In this document: piece after piece, positions 1 to 8,604 of the stretch | How positions within the stretch are numbered: the stretch's first letter is position 1 | Layout: each line of letters opens with the position of its first letter | DNA from: a virus | Taxonomy: Duplodnaviria > Caudoviricetes | Virus record (IMG/VR): IMGVR_UViG_3300025577_000005 | Span: 1-64,000 of that record | DNA: 64,000 nt | Direction: 5' to 3' (one strand) | Translations under genes and position numbers: made by a program | Notes under the pieces: model-generated | What the model saw: only the letters and a program-made list of their open reading frames with translations | What the model was told of the DNA's origin: nothing | Databases searched by the model: none

Positions 1-1329
1 AGTTGCCTTGGTCTTGTTATTGCCTTTCCTAAGCACCCTTCCAATAGACTGGAGATTCCGAATTCTAGATTTGGATGGAGAAGCAAAAATGACATTGTGG
101 AGATTTTTGATATTAATTCCTGTACTGAATGTTCCGTATGATGCAACAATAATCGCATTATTCTCTTGTTCAGTAATCTCCCTTACTTGTTCTCGATCCT
201 TTGTATCTACTCCACCATGGACAAAAAATACTTGTCTTTCATCAACCGTATTATTATTTATCATGTGATATAGTGGCTCACCATGACCCTCAACTCTTGC
301 AAAAAGAACCAAAGTATTTCCTTTGAGATCTAATGCAAGATTTCTTATGAACTTATTTCTGCGTTCATGATTGATAATATACTGAACTTCTTCTTCAAAG
401 TTTTCAAACTTATGTGCTGGGTGCTTCAGTAGAAGTACATTGATATCCAGTTTAGCAACATGACCCTTCGCCATTAACTCTTCGGTACGAATGATTTTGT
501 ACGAAGCTCCAAACAATCCCTCAAGAACCCATTTATGAGTTTGTGTTCCATCAAGTGTTCCGGTAAAACCAAAACGATATTTTGCATCAGCAAGTTTAGA
601 CATTATAGATATTAATGACTTTGATTTAAACTGGTGTGCTTCGTCTCCGATAACTACGTTAAATCTTTCAAAATATTTTCGGGGGAGTTTGTAAATAGAC
701 TGCCAGGTAGTAATAATAACTTGAGAATCCGTTTCTCTTTCCTTTCCCGCATAGATCTTGTGACAATATGAACCTACATCCCAACCATAGTCTGCAAAGT
801 CTTTATACATCTGCTCTACTAGCGAAGTCGTCGGAACGACTATCAGAATATTTTGTTTCTTCTCAACGTAATATCTCACAAGAGAATATATCATCAGAGA
901 CTTTCCAGAAGCAGTTGGGGATATCAACAACTTTCTATTATGTTTTAAAGCGTCGTATACTCCCTCAACTTGGTAATCTCTCGGAGAATACTTACAAATA
1001 GCATTCATATAATCTTTTACACCTTCCTTTGAGATAAAGTCATTCGTCTCAAAAGGAAGACCATAATACTTATTATCTACAAACTCATAAGTATATCCAT
1101 GGTCATCACAAAACTTTGTAACCTTGTCTAACAACCCAACATAAATCTCTCCGGTTTGGGTATTAAATAATCTTATCTTTCCATCCCAGTATTTACTACG
1201 ATACGAGGACATAAACTTTGCACCAGGAACCTCAAAGGTAAACTGGTCTGATAATTCGTAGTATACGTGAGGTTCTGCCTTAACCTGCAAATATACTTCA
1301 TTCTTTTTTGATATAATCAAATGAGACAT
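1..1329 (-). CDS. uvsW: UvsW RNA-DNA/DNA helicase (3' end runs off the window)
   Basis: Manual translation from ATG at 1329 (MSHLIISKKNEVYLQVKAEPH...WDGKIRLF); SF2 motifs SPTASGKS, GDEAH, GFTGT; adjacent to uvsY as in T4-like phages. Confidence 0.93.
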   Translation of the reverse strand, partial: MSHLIISKKNEVYLQVKAEPHVYYELSDQFTFEVPGAKFMSSYRSKYWDGKIRLFNTQTGEIYVGLLDKVTKFCDDHGYTYEFVDNKYYGLPFETNDFISKEGVKDYMNAICKYSPRDYQVEGVYDALKHNRKLLISPTASGKSLMIYSLVRYYVEKKQNILIVVPTTSLVEQMYKDFADYGWDVGSYCHKIYAGKERETDSQVIITTWQSIYKLPRKYFERFNVVIGDEAHQFKSKSLISIMSKLADAKYRFGFTGTLDGTQTHKWVLEGLFGASYKIIRTEELMAKGHVAKLDINVLLLKHPAHKFENFEEEVQYIINHERRNKFIRNLALDLKGNTLVLFARVEGHGEPLYHMINNNTVDERQVFFVHGGVDTKDREQVREITEQENNAIIVASYGTFSTGINIKNLHNVIFASPSKSRIRNLQSIGRVLRKGNNKTKAT

Positions 1330-1351
1330 AACTCATAGGTTCACCTATAAG

Positions 1352-1358
1352 TATTTAG
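1352..1358 (-). promoter_or_regulatory. Late promoter variant (CTAAATA)
   Basis: Variant of T4 late TATAAATA about 20 nt upstream of uvsW start. Confidence 0.5.
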
Positions 1359-1546
1359 TTCATGCTGTCAAACTGATGTTCTAAAATAAGTCGATAAAAA
1401 TTATCTCTCATCGCAATTAAGTTTAGTTGTTCTTGTGGTTCTCCACCAGACCATTTTTGAACTGCTTGTTTAAGACCTTCATGAATGAGACGGATGCCAT
1501 GAATATTTACTTCAATATTATAATAGTTTCCTTCTTCTTGGTGCAT
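1355..1546 (-). CDS. Hypothetical protein
   Basis: 63-aa ORF coupled to the uvsY stop, same strand as the operon. Confidence 0.7.
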   Translation of the reverse strand: MHQEEGNYYNIEVNIHGIRLIHEGLKQAVQKWSGGEPQEQLNLIAMRDNFYRLILEHQFDSMN

Positions 1547-1977
1547 TAGTTGAATCCTGATTGGAATTTGTGCCAGTCTATTGCATTCTTAATTTGGAAA
1601 GTTCTATTCGAAACTGTTTTAATAATTTCTTCTAAGAACTTGAGCATCACATCATAATAACGAATTTTGAGATCAATAGTATTTAACTTCTCATCGGCAT
1701 CCATATACCTCTGTAATGCTTCTTTATCTCTAACTTTGTATGGGAATGGTTCTTCGGCATAAACCTCTGCTGTTGCCTTTCCTGTGTAGTAGTTGTATCT
1801 TTCTAACTTTATACGATTATAAGTTCCTCTCGCCTTCTCTCTCAAAAGAGTGATGGTATTGTATAAAGTGTAATATTTTGAATGAAGTTGTGGAACTTTT
1901 AGTGATTCATCATGTAGATTATCAGGGTCGATTTGGGAATCTTTTTCCCACATCTCCTGAATTTGATCAAGGTTCAT
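1546..1977 (-). CDS. uvsY: UvsY recombination mediator
   Basis: MNLDQIQEMWEKDSQID...HSKY...RTFQIKNAIDW; position between g3 and uvsW. Confidence 0.9.
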   Translation of the reverse strand: MNLDQIQEMWEKDSQIDPDNLHDESLKVPQLHSKYYTLYNTITLLREKARGTYNRIKLERYNYYTGKATAEVYAEEPFPYKVRDKEALQRYMDADEKLNTIDLKIRYYDVMLKFLEEIIKTVSNRTFQIKNAIDWHKFQSGFN

Positions 1978-2522
1978 AGAGGTGTTCTGTTATCAGCAGC
2001 TAATACATTGTACACAGTATACTTGAAAGTGACCTCTGCTGTAAAGTAGTTGATATCCGTATCACCTGCTTCAAAATCTAAAGAAGTCAAATATACTGGA
2101 AATAAATCTTTAAATTTTACAATAGCAACATCTCTAAAGTTACTATTTAAAATGTGAAGACTTCCATCACTAAATTGTTGTTTTAAATCTCTTACTCCAT
2201 TAGCATCTGTTGTTAAATCTTTAAACTCTTGTGCCGTCTCTGGAGAACCTAAACCTGTCATCCAATTATGAATTGCCATATAGTTGACCATATTTTCGTC
2301 AACTAAAAATCTTAAGGAAAAATCTCCATAAGTAAGTTTATCACCAGGAATATCAATATCCTTAAGATAGGTTGGTTGAACTGCTGTTCCTAAACTTATA
2401 TTGGGAATGCTAGCAGAGTTTGAAAAAAAATCAACCTTTGGTTCTTTTGCTAATGTAAATTTAAAACCAACAGGTGATAAAAAATTTCTATTTCCTATCT
2501 GCTTACCAAATGCCGTCGCCAT
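1974..2522 (-). CDS. g3: Tail completion / tube terminator gp3
   Basis: NFLSPVGFKF...PGDKLTYGDFSLRFLVDENM signature; follows g23. Confidence 0.88.
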   Translation of the reverse strand: MATAFGKQIGNRNFLSPVGFKFTLAKEPKVDFFSNSASIPNISLGTAVQPTYLKDIDIPGDKLTYGDFSLRFLVDENMVNYMAIHNWMTGLGSPETAQEFKDLTTDANGVRDLKQQFSDGSLHILNSNFRDVAIVKFKDLFPVYLTSLDFEAGDTDINYFTAEVTFKYTVYNVLAADNRTPL

Positions 2523-2533
2523 TGTTTTATTTG

Positions 2534-2540
2534 TATTTAG
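2534..2540 (-). promoter_or_regulatory. Late promoter variant (CTAAATA)
   Basis: Directly upstream of g3, after the g23 terminator. Confidence 0.55.
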
Positions 2541-2542
2541 AT

Positions 2543-2568
2543 AAAAAAAGAGGGTCCGAAGACCCTCT
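2543..2568 (-). terminator. Rho-independent terminator after g23
   Basis: Minus strand AGAGGGTC-TTCG-GACCCTCT followed by a T-run; cUUCGg tetraloop typical of T4-like terminators. Confidence 0.9.
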
Positions 2569-2591
2569 GTAAAAAATATGTGAACCGTGGA

Positions 2592-3953
2592 TCACATGAG
2601 GTTTTGAACTTTGACTCTTCTGTAGTAACGGTTTTTGTTGGTTTGGAGTCTTCCCAAACTCTCAGTAGTTCCTTCTGCGAAGGGGTTAGAAACGATACCG
2701 TAACGAGTCTTGAATCCGATTTTGGGCTGGAAGGTGTTCTCTCCAACTGCACGAACCATCTGAAGAGGAACGTAAGGGCAGTAGAACAGACCTGCGTCAT
2801 AAGGTGAAGAACCTTTATAACCAGCAACATAGTACTGATCAGCAGAAACGTTTGCAGAATAAGGATCGATGTAGACCTTATACTTACCAGCAAGTACACC
2901 TGCGAAGGTGTTACCGGTGTCATCAACGTTCAGGTTTGCATTGAGTGCAGGGGTGTAATCAAGTACACCAGCCATGGTCAGTGCGGAAGCAACGTCTGCG
3001 GAACACAGAATCATGTTGCCCTTTCCTCTACGAGTTCTTTGTGCGATTGCGTTCGCATCTCTCTCGATTTGGAAAATAAGACCTTTGAACTTCTCAACAG
3101 ACCAACGTCCATTAGAGTCAACGTCAAGGTCGAAAGTACCGGCAGTAGCAACATTCTGTTGAGCACCGGGTTCTGCAACCTTATAGATGGTTCTGATGAC
3201 TTCTCTGTTGATTTCCGCAAGGATTTCAGTGGAGAGAATGTTGGCAAGTTCTGCCTCAGCATTCAAACCATGAATTGCCTTGAGGTCTTGTGCCAGTTCC
3301 AGAGAATACTCTGCTTTCAGAGCACGGGACTTAGCAGTAACGGTGACTTTCTCAATCGAGAATGCCATCTCGTTGAATGTCTGACCATCTCCAAGGCTTT
3401 CGGACATCGATGTGTCCATGCCCTGACCAACGCCATAAGCACCTTGGGTTTGAGCAGTTGGACTCAGAAGACCTGGATTGGAAGGATTACTTCCAGCAGC
3501 TTGTAAACCAGTAATTCCTAAACCAACGTTTGCTTCCTGACCAGCAACATATGGAGTAGCACTTCCGATTCCACTGTTAGAGAATCCAGTATCTGCTTCG
3601 TCGAACAATGCTTCGGTACCACCCTGGGTGCTGAAGCGTGAACGCATTGCGAAGATTAGTCCAGTAGGACCGTTCATCGGTTGAACACCTGCGAGGTCAT
3701 ATGCGACCAAGTTAGGCATTGCGCGTCTGATCAATGAGATCAGAACAGGATCGAAATTATCGATACTGGAACCGGTTGAGTTAGTAGGAGCTTCGGAAAG
3801 GAATTCCTTTTCTTCTCTGATTGTTCTTTCTTGATTCTCCAGAAGAACTGCGGTAACCATTCTCTTATGAGCATCATTGATGCCTCCGAGACCCTCATGG
3901 TTGAGGATAGGTGCCCACTTCTCCTGAAGGTATTCAGCATTGAAACCTTGCAT
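2592..3953 (-). CDS. g23: Major capsid protein gp23
   Basis: EKWAPIL, LISLIRRAMPNLVAYDLAGVQPM, KSRALKAEYS, FYCPYVPLQ, FQPKIGFKTRYG. Confidence 0.98.
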   Translation of the reverse strand: MQGFNAEYLQEKWAPILNHEGLGGINDAHKRMVTAVLLENQERTIREEKEFLSEAPTNSTGSSIDNFDPVLISLIRRAMPNLVAYDLAGVQPMNGPTGLIFAMRSRFSTQGGTEALFDEADTGFSNSGIGSATPYVAGQEANVGLGITGLQAAGSNPSNPGLLSPTAQTQGAYGVGQGMDTSMSESLGDGQTFNEMAFSIEKVTVTAKSRALKAEYSLELAQDLKAIHGLNAEAELANILSTEILAEINREVIRTIYKVAEPGAQQNVATAGTFDLDVDSNGRWSVEKFKGLIFQIERDANAIAQRTRRGKGNMILCSADVASALTMAGVLDYTPALNANLNVDDTGNTFAGVLAGKYKVYIDPYSANVSADQYYVAGYKGSSPYDAGLFYCPYVPLQMVRAVGENTFQPKIGFKTRYGIVSNPFAEGTTESLGRLQTNKNRYYRRVKVQNLM

Positions 3954-4000
3954 TTGAATTTACCTTGTTAAAAATTTTAGTTTGATTTATAATTAAAAAA

Positions 4001-5128
4001 TCACTTTTTAGAAACTCTGGTCAGAGTGTCGAGATAGGATTCCATTAGACCAGTAACTGGTTGTGCAATGGACTCTGAACTCTCGGAGATATTCTCTGAA
4101 GTGTCTCTTTGAGCACCAGCATTTTCTGGGAAATATGAATTTCTCAGGGTTGCTAGTTTCTCACGATAGTTGTCTTCACTATCAAACTCAACATTTTCGG
4201 CAAGAGAAGCGAGTTTATCCTTCTGGGAAAGTGCTAGACCTTCGCAGACCTCGGAGAAGATTACATCAGCAACCGACTCAGCTAATCTTTGATTAAGAGC
4301 AACATTAGATTTAATTTGCTCGTTGAGTTTATCTTCCATTTCATCTAATTTCTCTACCATTGCGGTAGTTACATCATATTTTTCTTCAGGGATTGTTACA
4401 TAATGATCTTCAAAAAGACTTCTCATTCCAGTCAGGAATGATTCGGTCATTTCTGCCTTGAGACCTTGCTCAATTGCGAGTTGATTTTCAGAAATCCACT
4501 CTTCGGCAACATACTCAAGGTATGCATCAACTCTACTAGTTAGTTCTTCCTTAATAACGGAAACTTCTTCTTCGAGAGTTGTTTCGTATTGTGCCTTCAG
4601 TTCTTCTTGAACTTCGGCAACTTTTGTTTTGATAGCAGCTTCAAAAATGGTACGTGCTTTCTCTTGGAAGTCCTCGGAAAGTTCTTCACCGGCAAGCAGT
4701 GCTTCAACATCTTCTTCGATGTTATATTCTGCTTCTGGTGCTTGCTCTTCTTCGGATACAACTTCTTCTTCAGAAGTTTCTTCTTCGGAGACTACATCTT
4801 CGGCCGATGCAGTGGTCTCTTCTTCTTCGACTACTTCACCTGCAACTTCCTCTTCTTCCTTCATACCCTTAGGCATGGGATCAGCAGGTTTAGCACCCCT
4901 ATTCACAATGTCTTTGACAGTTGCGATTTTGGGTTCTGCGAGTTTAGCAGAGTTGTCGTCTACTTTATAGTTTTCTGGAGTAGGGCCACCGAGATCTTCG
5001 TAACTGCCAGTTTGACCAGGGGTCGAAACACCAGAAGCATTGCTTCCGGATTTTGGCATTACCTCAGATGCAGCAGCTCCTTTAGTTACTACGTTTTCCA
5101 TTTCTTGTAAATTGCTACCAACGGACAT
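4001..5128 (-). CDS. g22: Prohead core scaffold protein gp22
   Basis: Acidic coiled-coil protein with KARTIFEAA and VDAYLEYVAEEW, between g21 and g23. Confidence 0.92.
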   Translation of the reverse strand: MSVGSNLQEMENVVTKGAAASEVMPKSGSNASGVSTPGQTGSYEDLGGPTPENYKVDDNSAKLAEPKIATVKDIVNRGAKPADPMPKGMKEEEEVAGEVVEEEETTASAEDVVSEEETSEEEVVSEEEQAPEAEYNIEEDVEALLAGEELSEDFQEKARTIFEAAIKTKVAEVQEELKAQYETTLEEEVSVIKEELTSRVDAYLEYVAEEWISENQLAIEQGLKAEMTESFLTGMRSLFEDHYVTIPEEKYDVTTAMVEKLDEMEDKLNEQIKSNVALNQRLAESVADVIFSEVCEGLALSQKDKLASLAENVEFDSEDNYREKLATLRNSYFPENAGAQRDTSENISESSESIAQPVTGLMESYLDTLTRVSKK

Positions 5129-5160
5129 TTGATTGTATTAGATTTTTATACTAATATATT

Positions 5161-5168
5161 TATTTATA
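5161..5168 (-). promoter_or_regulatory. T4-type late promoter TATAAATA
   Basis: Exact consensus upstream of g22. Confidence 0.8.
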
Positions 5169-5170
5169 AT

Positions 5171-5821
5171 TTAAAGATTTGATAAGAATTCGTTGAACAA
5201 GTTTAACTTATGTTCTTCGAGAACTTTTTGGTCAACAAGAGTGTTAATTCTCTTCTGAGTTCTTTCTGCGAGTTGCTCACGAAGAATTCCTCCTTCCCAA
5301 ACCCACTCTTTTCCTTCCATAATTCCTGATACAAATGCATCGGGTGCAGAAGGATCGGCAACGATATCAGCAGCAGTTGCTAACATGAAATCTTCACCAA
5401 CAACTTTTATACCACCACGGTCTTCTTTTAATGAACCAACACCACGAGAAGAAACTCCAAGCATCACACCTTCATCTAAAAGTGAAGATGCAATTTTACC
5501 CATAGGAGTATTAAGGATTTGTGCCTTACCCCTGAAATTACTACCCTCTTGAGTGAGTGAAGTAATCTTATGTGAAACACGGTCAAGATTTACTGTAGGT
5601 CCATCAGGATGACCAAGTTCTCCAAGAGCACGTCCCTTTTGGACGAATGCCTCATTATATCTTTTTACTTCACGAGAAAGAGTCTCCATAGGATACATTC
5701 TTTTATTACGATTTTCGAGGTCTGCTTGAAGGAAAACTCCTTCAATATAAAGTTTCTTATTAGAACCTTTACCTTCGGTAATAATCTTTACGTTTGAAAT
5801 TTCTTCGGTGATGAGTTTCAT
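5171..5821 (-). CDS. g21: Prohead protease gp21
   Basis: Likely start MKLITEEI at 5821; GELGHP, GVSSRGVGS, DIVADPSAPDA motifs. Confidence 0.95.
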   Translation of the reverse strand: MKLITEEISNVKIITEGKGSNKKLYIEGVFLQADLENRNKRMYPMETLSREVKRYNEAFVQKGRALGELGHPDGPTVNLDRVSHKITSLTQEGSNFRGKAQILNTPMGKIASSLLDEGVMLGVSSRGVGSLKEDRGGIKVVGEDFMLATAADIVADPSAPDAFVSGIMEGKEWVWEGGILREQLAERTQKRINTLVDQKVLEEHKLNLFNEFLSNL

Positions 5822-5826
5822 TTGTA

Positions 5827-6096
5827 TTAACCTGTAAATCCTACTTTTGATCCCAATACACCAGCATTTGCGGCAAACACACACTGAGTTGGATTTTTCT
5901 CAAGATATTCAACTGCACCTGTTGGTAAAGTAAAAGAACCAACCACGTCTCCACTTTGAGTTTCTACAACAGTTACTAAATGGTTGGAAGTATGAGTATT
6001 TACTAAACGAACAACAGTTGCTTGAGTAAAACTAGTTGCGGCACCAGTTGTTGTGGGCAGAGCTGCCTCCGCACCTTTACATAAAGTTCTTGCCAT
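5827..6096 (-). CDS. Hypothetical protein in head-assembly cluster
   Basis: 89-aa ORF between g20 and g21, coupled to the upstream ORF. Confidence 0.75.
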   Translation of the reverse strand: MARTLCKGAEAALPTTTGAATSFTQATVVRLVNTHTSNHLVTVVETQSGDVVGSFTLPTGAVEYLEKNPTQCVFAANAGVLGSKVGFTG

Positions 6097-6266
6097 TACT
6101 CTTCCCCTTCGGAATTATCTTGCTGGTCATCAAACATGGATGCGCCAACTGTTGGACGAATAGTATTAATACGTTCTGCTGCTTTTGCATACAAAACATC
6201 TTTAATTCTGTCACTAATATCAGATGCCGACGAATCGGATCCGACTAAATTTACAATTTCTTCCAT
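6096..6266 (-). CDS. Small acidic protein at the gp67/gp68 prohead-core position (not in ORF track)
   Basis: Manual translation MEEIVNLVGSDSSASDISDRIKDVLYAKAAERIN...EGEE, 56 aa; late promoter just upstream; stop overlaps next ATG. Confidence 0.75.
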   Translation of the reverse strand: MEEIVNLVGSDSSASDISDRIKDVLYAKAAERINTIRPTVGASMFDDQQDNSEGEE

Positions 6267-6291
6267 GAAAATTTAATATATGTATATTTTA

Positions 6292-6299
6292 TATTTATA
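6292..6299 (-). promoter_or_regulatory. T4-type late promoter TATAAATA
   Basis: Exact consensus overlapping the g20 stop codon. Confidence 0.75.
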
Positions 6300-7950
6300 T
6301 CTCGGCAGCTTTACCGTCTACTTCAGTCATGCCACCATCTACTTCAGGTTCCATCGGAACATCACCCATCATTCCCTGCTCACCTTCTTGTGGTAATGGT
6401 TCTCCAGTTATTGGATCCATTGCACTTGGATCGGGAATAATTCCATCTTTGATTTCTTGTTCAATTTGCTCATCCATTTCAACCATCTCTCCATCAGTCT
6501 GACGAAGAACTTTACTACGAACCCAATGAGTTGAATAATACTTACCAATATAAGGTTCAATAGTTGCAAGAACACCAAGTCTCTCATTCAACATCTCAGT
6601 TTCTTTCAGTTCTGCAAACTGATTATCATACAAGAAATCATATTGAATATGATCACTAATTCTATCCCAGTCTTCTACTGAAACAATGTTCTTAAGAATG
6701 AGTTGTGTCTTCAACATATCATTGAACATTTGAGCAAATCTCTTTCTCAAACGACCAACAAACTTAGCAAACTTAAGTTCATCTCTTAAAATCTCTGAAG
6801 AACGACCAAGGTTAAAACCACCATCGGCAGCAATTCTAGATTCTGGAACTCCAAGTGCTCTATAAAGTTTCTTTTGGAAATACTCAATATCAGCAAGTTC
6901 TCCTAAGTTTTGTCCACCAGGAAGAGTTGTAATCTCAGTTCCTCTACCTCCTTCTCTTCTGGGAAGCCAGAAATCTTCCATCATACTCATAAATTTACGA
7001 TCATCACGAACTTCACCCGTATTTGCATCATATACAAGTTTGTTACGATAACGATTCATAACATCACGAAGATATTGTTCTGCCTTTACCTTAGGAAGAT
7101 TACCAACATCAATGTAAAAAATACGACGTTCTGGTGCTCTTGATAATCTATAGATGACCAAAGAATCCTCAATCATTCTAAGTTGATTGAGTGCCTTGAT
7201 TGCTTTGTGGAGATAAGAAAGAATATTTCCTTTGTTTCTATCTACAAGACCTGAAGTGCAGTATGTAATTGCATCTTTTGCAATTTTAGTTCCCTTATTT
7301 CCACCACCACCAGTTAAGTTTCCTGTCGGATATTGAGGTTTTGGAGTGTAAACAAAATACTCTTCAATTTCTGGAGCAATACCATTTTTCTGTTCATCAC
7401 GACCAGCAATATTTGGTCCAATAACATTCTTATCTTGCTTCTTTTCTTGACGGACAAACCGCATCTTCATTGGATCAATGTACCTCAGCTCTTTAATTCC
7501 TTCCTGAGGATTTTTGAGATCAATTACCTTATGATAGTAAAGTCTTCCATCAACATACCAATTTCTAAAAATTTCGTGTGACTTCTTATCAAAATCTAGA
7601 ATTTCTTTAATATACTTAAATTCTTGTCTGATTGCTTTCTTTAAATTATCCGTGGCATTTAAATTAGACAATTCAATTTCAATTGGAGAATCATAAAGAT
7701 CACTCACAATTGCTTCATTTACAACATCTTCGATAGCACCATCCGCTTCTGGATGTAGTGACATCTCTCTGTATCTTTTGATTAAATCAAATTCTGTTCT
7801 ATATTGTCCTTCAATATCTACATATGAACCATAAAATCCACTGCTAATATAGTTATCAACCCCATCCTCGTTATTCACGGGGACAGGGGAAACTACAGAT
7901 TTGGATTTCTTTTCTGTATCATCAATAGAAAAACCAAAAAGTTTTGCCAT
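6295..7950 (-). CDS. g20: Portal vertex protein gp20
   Basis: YRLSRAPERRIFYIDVGNLPK, EDFWLPRREGGRGTEITTLPGG, RDELKF. Confidence 0.98.
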   Translation of the reverse strand: MAKLFGFSIDDTEKKSKSVVSPVPVNNEDGVDNYISSGFYGSYVDIEGQYRTEFDLIKRYREMSLHPEADGAIEDVVNEAIVSDLYDSPIEIELSNLNATDNLKKAIRQEFKYIKEILDFDKKSHEIFRNWYVDGRLYYHKVIDLKNPQEGIKELRYIDPMKMRFVRQEKKQDKNVIGPNIAGRDEQKNGIAPEIEEYFVYTPKPQYPTGNLTGGGGNKGTKIAKDAITYCTSGLVDRNKGNILSYLHKAIKALNQLRMIEDSLVIYRLSRAPERRIFYIDVGNLPKVKAEQYLRDVMNRYRNKLVYDANTGEVRDDRKFMSMMEDFWLPRREGGRGTEITTLPGGQNLGELADIEYFQKKLYRALGVPESRIAADGGFNLGRSSEILRDELKFAKFVGRLRKRFAQMFNDMLKTQLILKNIVSVEDWDRISDHIQYDFLYDNQFAELKETEMLNERLGVLATIEPYIGKYYSTHWVRSKVLRQTDGEMVEMDEQIEQEIKDGIIPDPSAMDPITGEPLPQEGEQGMMGDVPMEPEVDGGMTEVDGKAAEI

Positions 7951-7980
7951 ATTATAAACTAACTTAGACTACTATTTTAT

Positions 7981-7987
7981 TATTTAG
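7981..7987 (-). promoter_or_regulatory. Late promoter variant (CTAAATA)
   Basis: Overlaps g19 stop, upstream of g20. Confidence 0.55.
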
Positions 7988-8583
7988 GTAATATTTTCAC
8001 CACCTGCTTGAGCAGCTGTTCCTCTAAATGCTTCCCAATAATGAACTTGCATTTCTACGGTAAACTCCTGAATAGTATCAGTTGTATCGTAACTCAAATC
8101 AATTGTAGAAAGATTAGTCGGGAAAATATCCCAGAACTTATAGGATCTTAGAAGAGAACCATCACGATCAAGTTGTTTAACAACAGCATCTTTTTGATAT
8201 AGTGCTGGATTTGCAATTCCAGTTCCATCACTCATTTTGTTAATAATATTCATCCATTTTTCGAAAGCAGAACGAATGGAGAAATCAACATCATTCATAA
8301 CCGTGATTGTCCAGGTTTCGAATGTTCTATCTCCAGCAATTTTAAGGATACGACCTCTAAAGGGAATATCAATATTTGCAATTGTAGAGGCAGGCAATGC
8401 TGCTGCCTTTACAAGAAATCTTGCTTTTTCTAAAACTTCAGATTCATTATCTGGTTTAGCAGCACTTGGAAATGCTAATTCAACTTCAAATAGATTGGGT
8501 CTTGCACCACCACCAGTCAGTTTACTTTTAAAATCACTGATAGTTCTTAATGGTGCGGTATTTCGTTGTTGGCGACTAGGCAT
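7984..8583 (-). CDS. g19: Tail tube protein gp19
   Basis: GGGARPNLFEV, FRGRILKIAGDRTFETWTITV. Confidence 0.95.
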   Translation of the reverse strand: MPSRQQRNTAPLRTISDFKSKLTGGGARPNLFEVELAFPSAAKPDNESEVLEKARFLVKAAALPASTIANIDIPFRGRILKIAGDRTFETWTITVMNDVDFSIRSAFEKWMNIINKMSDGTGIANPALYQKDAVVKQLDRDGSLLRSYKFWDIFPTNLSTIDLSYDTTDTIQEFTVEMQVHYWEAFRGTAAQAGGENIT

Positions 8584-8604
8584 TTTTTTCTTTTAACCTC
8601 TAAA

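Noticed and set aside
2537-2926. 129-aa minus-strand ORF overlapping the end of g23, and similar ones at 3011-3262 and 3740-3940
   Set aside because: Alternate-frame by-products of biased codon use; the first runs through the g23 terminator
5822-5884. N-terminal extension of gp21 in the ORF track (MCVCRKCWC...)
   Set aside because: Overlaps the upstream gene; MKLITE is the typical gp21 start
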